Assembly (NCBI GenBank): GCA_002189035.1
Contig: NEEC01000012.1
Location: forward strand, 1,612,001-1,676,000
From: Utricularia gibba
Lineage: Eukaryota; Plantae; Magnoliophyta
Length of the DNA stretch: 64,000 bases
Direction: 5' to 3'
The notes beneath the pieces were generated by a model. It saw nothing but the letters and a program-made list of their open reading frames with translations. It made no database searches and had not been told where the DNA came from. The translations under genes and the position numbers were made by a program. Shown here in pieces: positions 53,700 through 64,000 of this stretch. The number at the start of each line of letters is the position of its first letter. Positions within the stretch are counted from its first letter, which is position 1.

Positions 53700-56330
53700 A
53701 AGAGCGATGATTATGAGACAGTGTGGTCCTACAACTTTGATGGAGGAGTTTATTGCAATTGGTGATAATGGAGTTTGGCATCTCATAGTTGAGGTGTAAC
53801 TGTATCGAAAATAATGGACAACGCCAAGTTTTTTCTTTGTTCATGGAGTGTCTTCTCGCCAGCCAGTCCCTAAACCCATCCACTGAGCTGCTCCATACCT
53901 CTGCTCCCCCAGCTGATGATCCGCCCCAACAGACTCTGACGCCCGCATTGGAACCACGCCGCGCATCCTAACCATCGAATGCACGCACGCTTCCGGAAGC
54001 CTTTGGAGTGAAAAAAAGGAAAGAACACAGCTACGAAAGCAATGGGTGCAAGTGTTAGAATTGAAAGGGGAAAACGAAGTGGGTAATGGAGTGCGACCGA
54101 GGAGCGAGTAGTGAATACCCTAAAAAAAACTAGGGCATTGAATGACAAATCTTGGGTGTCACAGTCGGATCACGGCCCCCACCCCCACCTCTTTTTAATG
54201 CATTTATTGAAACGTTAGCACAGTAAGCTTTTTTACCTTTTCCGCATGATTGACTTGCCAATGGTCATGGCCATGGCTCCCCTCCCACAGAAGCCCAAAA
54301 ACCGCCATAACCAGACCATGTCCCACGATGCGAATGAACATCTTCTGAAACCAGGTTCAGAGAGACCCACACCCATCTCCCAGTCCCTCCCCAGAAGGGC
54401 TCCTTCCTCAGTAACTCCGTCTGATGAGAGAGTGCCCTGTTTCGTGGGACTGGGAGTTGGAGTGGTGTGTTGGTTTTTCAATGGGGAATCAAATGGCGGG
54501 TGACCGCTGGAAACAAACGTGACGTTGGTGGAGATGCTTCAGCTGAGCTGTGGAGGTAGACAAGTGAAACATCAGCACAACACAGCAGCAGCAATAAGTG
54601 ATGTGTGCGTGGAGCGAATCTCTCCATTCCCAGCTTCGCCCCCACCCTACATGCACTTAATTTCTACACAAATAATATAATACCACTTTAATGAAATTTA
54701 GTTATTTCAAGAGAATAATTTCATTCATAAATTTCCATTTCCAGCCATTAAACCTCCCACTACCCTCTTAGTCCATCTTCCAAATTCCGAAAATTCGAAT
54801 TTGATCCGAAAAATTCAAATTTGATCCAAAAAATTTGAATTTGATCCAAAATTTGACATTTCGATCAAATTCAAAGGTTAGTGACTGAAATTAGAAAATT
54901 CTTCCAAATTTCATAGGCAAAAGAAAAAAAATAAATTTCTGATTTTGGCATTTTTTTATTATATTTAGAGTGACGAACGTTTTCTTTTCGTATTTTAGGT
55001 CATATGGAATTGAATAAATGAAAAATGTTTCAAGTAAATTAATGTTTATCATCGGAATTACTATAGATACCATTACTAGAAATCAATGTATTTTGATGGT
55101 TTAAATTATATGTGAATAATTATTTCAATGAATATCTTAAAAATTATATATGATAAATATTTCTCAAATTTTGTAATGATAGTTAGGTATATCTAGTTAT
55201 TTTATATTTTAAAAAAATTGAGTGATTTAATATTAGAATTATAAAAAGGTGAGAAAAAAAAAGCTGAGATGGGCCTGGGCTAGTGCGACATTCGTGGATG
55301 GGAGGCCCAATGGCGAAGTGTCAGCCCAGTTTGGTATTTAATGAATTTTATATTATTTTTTGCGTAGAAAAAATTAGATATCAGGAAAGGATCCAAACAA
55401 GGGATTCTGATGTACGGAAGGAGACCAAGCGATGCAAGAATTGCAGAACTGGGGATGAAGGTGACGCAGCAGCACCTACCTTCTCACAAAAGCCATCATT
55501 TTTCTCCATTCAGTTTTAGAATTTGCTTGTGGATATAAACTGTTGGAACGAGATGGGGCAAAGTCAAAACTTTTGGACAAAACAGAGAGAGACAGAGGCC
55601 ATTGGGTCACCAACAGCCATCGACGCATATAAACTATGAGGTCCGGACCAACTGCTTCATTCCCTACACCAATCAACCATCTATCTGTCAAGCTACATTC
55701 TTCACCAGACCTCCCATTCGTATGGAATGGTGGCCGTAATCGCCCACCGGAGCCTGATTTTCCAGCCTTCTTGCCCTGCAGATACAACCTGGAAGCTCAG
55801 ATTTTGAGTTTGGAGTTAGGGGAGTGAAAAACAGGGCAGGGCAGGGCACTCTTCCAGGACAGCACAGTGGAGAGTCTCAAATGCCTCGTTTTTAAGCATT
55901 TTTTCAGCAGATCAGATCAGAAGGTGATTTCATCCAAGAAAAATGAGCATTTGCACAAATATGTAACTCTCAGCATAAAAAAAGAGCCTTTTTTTTTTGT
56001 CCCATCGCTCAAAAGGCAGATAAACACAATGCCCAGAAGATAACAGATAATGGGTTTTACAAAAAATGTCACCTTTCAAGGAGAATCCCAGCTCTCAGAA
56101 AATGGAACAGAGTAAAGCGCCATCTCAGCAAAAAAGCCCTAAAAATTTTACATCCCAGCCTCCCGATTTTCGGCAGAGGGAATGTGAGAAATCTGCAGAA
56201 TAAGGAGGAGGAAGAAGAGAATAAGAATAAGACAAATCTGTATATCAATACATACTCTTCTTCCTTTTCCAATTATGTGCAGTGGCACCCACCCACCATT
56301 CAACACTCAACTCATCAATGGGGCAGAGAA
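53700..56330 (-). ncRNA. Candidate spliced long non-coding RNA carrying a miR165/166 target-mimic site
   Basis: TATATAA near 56351-56357. Donors AAG|GTGACA (56072), AAG|GTAGGT (55479), AAG|GTAAAA (54236); acceptors CTTCCAG/CTGCAG (55790/55777) and TTGTTTCCAG (54508). Raised GC with no recognisable protein. Transcription is inferred, not shown. Confidence 0.5.
55643..55665 (-). promoter_or_regulatory. Bulged miR165/166 complementary site
   Basis: Minus strand AGGGAATGAAGCAGTTGGTCCGG versus the miR166 complement GGGGAATGAAGCCTGGTCCGA. Watson-Crick pairing at miRNA nt 2-8 and 10-20, with a central bulge. Confidence 0.8.
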
Positions 56331-57440
56331 CAAGGCGTATGCGTGACCATTATATAATCGATAGTTTCACCCCCTTGCGGGTTACACGAATCACGAGATG
56401 GGTAAACCAGAAACTGTGTTTAACAGCGGTGAAAAAGCTTTAAATTTTTGGGGTTGAAAGTAGGCGCCCCCCACACACACACAGTTCTTAACAACTCAGC
56501 GTCTTCACCGTCGTTCTTTACCTGTCATGGACAAGCAACATTCTTACGTTCTTGGTTTTGGCCCTGCGCCCCTCCACCGTTCCTTCGCTTTCTGCGTCCA
56601 GTTTTGGGACCGAACTGCAGCAATATTCTTCTTCACTTAAAAATTTCATCTTTTTTTCTGTCTTTAGCCATAAATATGTATTTAAAGCATGGAATGTTCA
56701 ACACCAAGTACTGCAACTGCATTTTCAAAACGGAGTAACTCCAATGTCTTCTTAAACACCACTACTCAATAATTACTAAAAACAAATCCTTTTTTATTTT
56801 TATTATTGAAAAAGTAATATTATGCCTCTAAATATTCCGAATTTTTTATCGGATCCGATAAAATAAAAGAACTATTTAAAAAATAAATATTTGTAAAATT
56901 AAATCTATCAATCAGTTGGTTAAGGGACTGATATCTATTATTAATTTTTTGAAATGATTTTATTTAATTTATAAAGATTTTAATCTTTATTAATTCTTTA
57001 ATAAAATAAAAAATTTAGATTATGTAATTAATTTCATAAATTAGTAAATTTATTAAATCTTTATTTTAGATATTAAATAAAAAATTAATTAGAAAAATTA
57101 TATTATTCAATTTTTTAAAATATGCATTTTATATTATAATATTAAATTATATAATAATTTAATGTATTAAACTTTATAATATTATTTATTTTATTAAATT
57201 TTATAATATAATTTTATATTATTTCATAAAACAATTTTACAATCATAAACTAATTTTATTCATTTGTTACGTGGGTTTGAGTTTAACCCAAGTTTAATTT
57301 ATTTGAATTTAAATAAATATATTTCTCAGTTTAGAATATAATTTTTATTTAGTTGTTAGGTATATTTTATTTGAATTATAGGTGAACATGCATTTTGTAT
57401 GAGAGATAAAAATTGGATTTGAAAATTTTATGTAAAAAAT

Positions 57441-57463
57441 TATATATATATATATATATATAT
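57441..57463. repeat. (TA)n microsatellite
   Basis: About 11 TA units. Confidence 0.9.
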
Positions 57464-58683
57464 CATTTCATGTAAAATATGAATACTATAAACGATTTGA
57501 TTGTACACCACATTCCATAGATGGTGTAAAAGCAAATTTATTTAGCACAGAGCACCATGACATAGTTTACTCTCAATGCTTAGCACACAGATGGATGCAA
57601 CGTGAGGTAGGTGAAATGCCGATGTTCCAAGTAGTTACCAGATGAGATATAAAAACAATGAGTTTTCAAACAATAATCATGCTTCCATAGCAAGTGCTCC
57701 CCATTTATAGAAAAAACAAATAGCAGATCGAAAATATAACAATCATAAACGAGGTTTGGATGGTGAAGAACGTCCACAAACGATATTACATGAAAAACGT
57801 ACTAGACACCATATGTTGGCTCCCAATTTTTTGAAGGCAAACACCTCAGCATGATTCTCCAGCTCGTGAAAGTCATGTTCAATAGATTTGTAGCAGATCT
57901 GTGGCAATTATATTTTCAAAAAGACTAGGCTAAGAGATTATGTAAACGGGCGAATGTCGGTTTCAATTGAGTTTGTGAAGAATAGATAGGTTCATGTTTA
58001 CCTACTTGCATTCTATATACGAAACATAAATTTACTGTCAAATCTACCTGAAAAGCCACCCAAACCCACATATCAAACTTAACCTAAATTGATTTGTCGA
58101 TAGAAATAACAAATTAATTAATTTCCGGTTTAAGCTTGAAATTTCACAAAAATAGTATTATTTTAAAATTGCTGTGTTCAACCCAGCAACGTATTGGATG
58201 GCTGAATCGGATCACAAGGCGTAGGCAGCTGCCACCGCCGGGGAAGATCGTGGGATGGATTGTGGAGACGGTGAAATAGCCGTTGACCGCGGTGGAAAAC
58301 AATCCTTGTTCGATGAAGTTGAGACACGTTGCCGACTCGGGAAGAGCTGCCGCCGCGGAGAATCATCTTCTGATCGCCCTCAAACGACTGAAGCTCCAAC
58401 ATGGGTAGATGATGATGAGGTACTTGATCCAACGGGAACGGGCTTTCGAGGTAGTGGTAGTTGTGATGATCCACAGGAAGAATCATTTCATGTGGATAAA
58501 CGGCATACAGAAAGCAGAGTTGCACTCCAAAGGGACAAGCAGAAGAGCAAAAAGCATCAAAATTGAACAGCAGCATGCTTATTGCAACGACAAAAAAGAT
58601 TGAAGGGATGCTTGATTCAGTTAGATGAATACCAGTGCAGTGTGTGTGATTTCAATCTGGAGAATGATCCAGATTGATCCACA

Positions 58684-59528
58684 TCAGGTCTTCTTTGCAG
58701 CGCGTAAGTAGCATGCGATACTCGCTACTCCAAGTGCGGTGATCGTGGAACCACCGAGGATGATCCAGCGGTTCTTTTCCAAGCGCCTAATGATTCCCTG
58801 TTCATCAAGACTAGACCCCTTAACATGAGTTCTTTGCTCCAACTCAAACATGCTGATCAACTTCTCTTTCTCCTGCAAATTACTGTCAAGAACATTGATT
58901 TTCTCTTCCAAGGCAGCCATTGTTTCCCCCAAGCTTGCATTCGTTTTTTCTAATCTCTTGGTACTCTCTGTAGCCCCTGCAACTCCTCAATACTCTTCTT
59001 CAGAGTTTGAATTTCTGTTTCCTTCTGTTGCTTCTCGATTTTCAAACCATTCTCCACACCTTCGAGTTCTACGATTTTAGACGACAGAATGTCTCTCTCC
59101 TTGGTGACGGCCGCGAGCTTGGCATCCTTCTTCTTCTCACTCTCTATTACTCTTTCCAATTCCCTAGCCAAAGCATCTATTTCAGCCATGGATTCTTGTA
59201 AGTTGCTCATAGCGAATCCCAAATCAAGCTGCAGACGGGAAACATCAGCTTCAAGACCCGCAGCACGATCTGCCACTGCTTGCAACACCTTCTTATCCGA
59301 TTCCAACTCCTGAAGCCCATCCTGCAAGTCTTGATTATCCCTTCTTAATTTCTCCGCTTCCACCTTCAGCTTCTCAAGTTGCTTCTTGTAACCATCATTT
59401 TCTTCCAGAATCCTTCCTTTATCACTCTCAAGCTCATATAACCGTTGAGTGAGCCCTGAATCTTTTGAGGACTCATCGGTTATTTCCACAGATCGATCCC
59501 CGTTGGGCAAACCTTCATTATCGGCCAT
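58684..59528 (-). CDS. PMD2: Peroxisomal and mitochondrial division factor (PMD1/PMD2-type) coiled-coil tail-anchored protein; apparent frameshift at 58974-58977
   Basis: Long coiled coil with KKVLQAVADRAAGLEADVSRLQLDL, resembling PMD1 KKALEAISTRAVELETEVSNLHDDL. C-terminal transmembrane segment WIILGGSTITALGVASIACYL in the next frame. PMD1 and PMD2 cannot be distinguished by eye. Confidence 0.8.
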
Positions 59529-60891
59529 ACAGCACTACACACAGAGAAGCAAAAACAAGGAAAGTAACCTCTTGTCACTCTGAAAAAAGCAGAAAAAATC
59601 CACAAACACTCAAGACACAATTCCTAGCGATTCAAACACGCTTACAAAGAACACAATGGGTAACATGAGGATTGAAGCTAACGGACCTTCGGTGAAGAGA
59701 ACTCCAAGGCGGATTAGGGATTCGTGTGGCACGCGAGTAACGGCTCCTCTCAGTAGGTTGAGGTTTGCACGTCTTCGCCAAGCTCGCAATTGGGCCCTGA
59801 AATGGGTCAAGCTTACAACTTCTGGGCTTGTTCATTATATATGTCTGGATCCGATTCCAACCCATTTTCAAAGAGCATGAGTTCGTTCATCTAAACTTTC
59901 AAGAGCGTTTCTTGTCACTATAAAATAAAATAAATTAAAATTTAGAGCCCATTATAAAAATGCAGATTTTAAACTGATAAATAAATTTAGAGCCTATTAT
60001 ATAAACAGAATTTCTTAAATTGATTTTTTTAATTTTTTTTAAATATTTTCATTTTTCACTATTTTATAATAAAATAAAAATTTACGTTTTATGATTATTT
60101 ATAAAAATTATTGATTTTTTTGAATCTTTATTTTAATGATTAAAAATTATATTATTCATTTTTATTTAATTTTAAAATATATTTGTATTATAATATTATA
60201 TTATATAATAGTTAAATATATTACACTTTAAATATATATTTTATTTTATTAAATTTTATAATATAATTTTATATTACGTTACAATACAGTTTTAAAATAT
60301 TAAACTAATTCTATTTTATATCATCTAAATCATAGATTCAAAATACAGAATAAACCTTAGATTTTAAGATTAATTTAAAATTATTAAAATTATTTTATCT
60401 TTAATTAATAATTAAATAAAAATTAATTAGAAAATTTATATTTATTTTATAAATTTCAAAAATACATTAATACCATCATATTAAATTAATATAATACTAC
60501 CCAACAACTCCCGAGTAGTTTAATTGAAAAAATATTAATTTATTTTCTGTATGATTTAATTTATCAAATTCTACAGTACATAATTTATAATATCTCACAA
60601 TAATTTTAAAATAATTCTGTTTCTCATAAATTAGTAACACTAAACAAGTTCACATTATGCAATGTTTTAAATTTAGATAAGATTTCAAGAAATTTGACTT
60701 TTTTTCGAATTTCAGACAATGATATTATGAAGTCCAAGGACAGAAACCCCAAATGAATCAATGCTAAAAAGACAGCATGTTTGAGAAGCGATTTGGACCA
60801 AAGGAGAGCTTTGAAAAAAACACCCCTTTTGTGCTTTCTATACACCACCGGGTCCGAAGACTGGATTCAGCAAACACAGTCTCTCTGTTGG

Positions 60892-63927
<3,036 letters not shown>

Positions 63928-64000
63928 TGCAAGTTATGGCTTACCCTCTCCCCGAAGCAATCCCAAATCCAAACAGCAACCCCTCAACCCACACAGGAGT

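Noticed and set aside
54251-54259. ENOD40 region II core GGCAAGTCA
   Set aside because: Only 9 nt match; the flanking conserved bases and the region I peptide are missing.
54546-54564. TAS3-like miR390 site (minus strand CTTGTCTACCTCCACAGCT)
   Set aside because: It has a 2-nt deletion and seed mismatches, lies in a predicted intron, and no tasiARF (TTCTTGACCTTGTAAG) sequence is nearby.
54785-54875. Short 20-bp tandem repeat (AAATTCGAATTTGATCC.AA x3-4), plus similar small duplications at 40327-40510, 44725-44785 and 8584-8770
   Set aside because: Ordinary local slippage or TE-terminal repeats with no evidence of function.
55554-55579. IPS1-like miR399 mimic (GGGGCAAAGTCAAAACTTTTGGACA)
   Set aside because: The seed-pairing TCCTTTGGCA is absent, and it is on the strand opposite the inferred transcript.
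55540-55670. Plus-strand MIR166 precursor (the 55643-55665 motif read as mature miRNA)
   Set aside because: The mature-like sequence has ACT in place of G9, and the upstream GGAACGAGATGGGG pairs only over about 7 nt, so there is no miRNA* arm. A decayed MIR166 cannot be fully excluded without folding and synteny data.
54426-55855. miR164-like GTGCCCTG(T/C)TT motifs at about 54431-54443 (+) and 55825-55852 (-)
   Set aside because: Pairing to the miRNA 5' end is poor; these are explained by short GCCCT repeats.

Overview
This is plant (probably eudicot) nuclear DNA with spliced genes and many transposon relics; no prokaryotic features, CRISPR arrays, rRNA or tRNA genes were seen. Gene order: 5' end of an unidentified minus-strand gene; a DUF688 gene (+); three tandem FMO1-clade flavin monooxygenases (-); a truncated and a full MIP3/Sec1-family gene (+), each head-to-head with an FMO because an FMO plus the MIP3 5' end was duplicated as one block; a class III peroxidase (+); a RabA1/Rab11 GTPase (-); a TBL O-acetyltransferase (+); PDF1 (-) with L1 boxes; a PMD1/2-type coiled-coil protein (-); and a group D (TDY) MAP kinase of the MPK20 type (-). 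Intergenic DNA holds nested Copia/Gypsy/hAT remnants, three solo LTRs with matching 5-bp TSDs, and several MITEs. Four genes each carry an apparent 1-bp deletion in a short homopolymer (three clearly G/C runs), which points to uncorrected sequencing error rather than four pseudogenes. The most notable signal is an ORF-poor, apparently spliced minus-strand unit just upstream of PDF1 (about 53.7-56.3 kb). It carries a centrally bulged, otherwise near-perfect miR165/166 complementary site (55643-55665), the architecture of an endogenous target mimic. All exon boundaries were derived by hand; no database search, alignment or folding was run.
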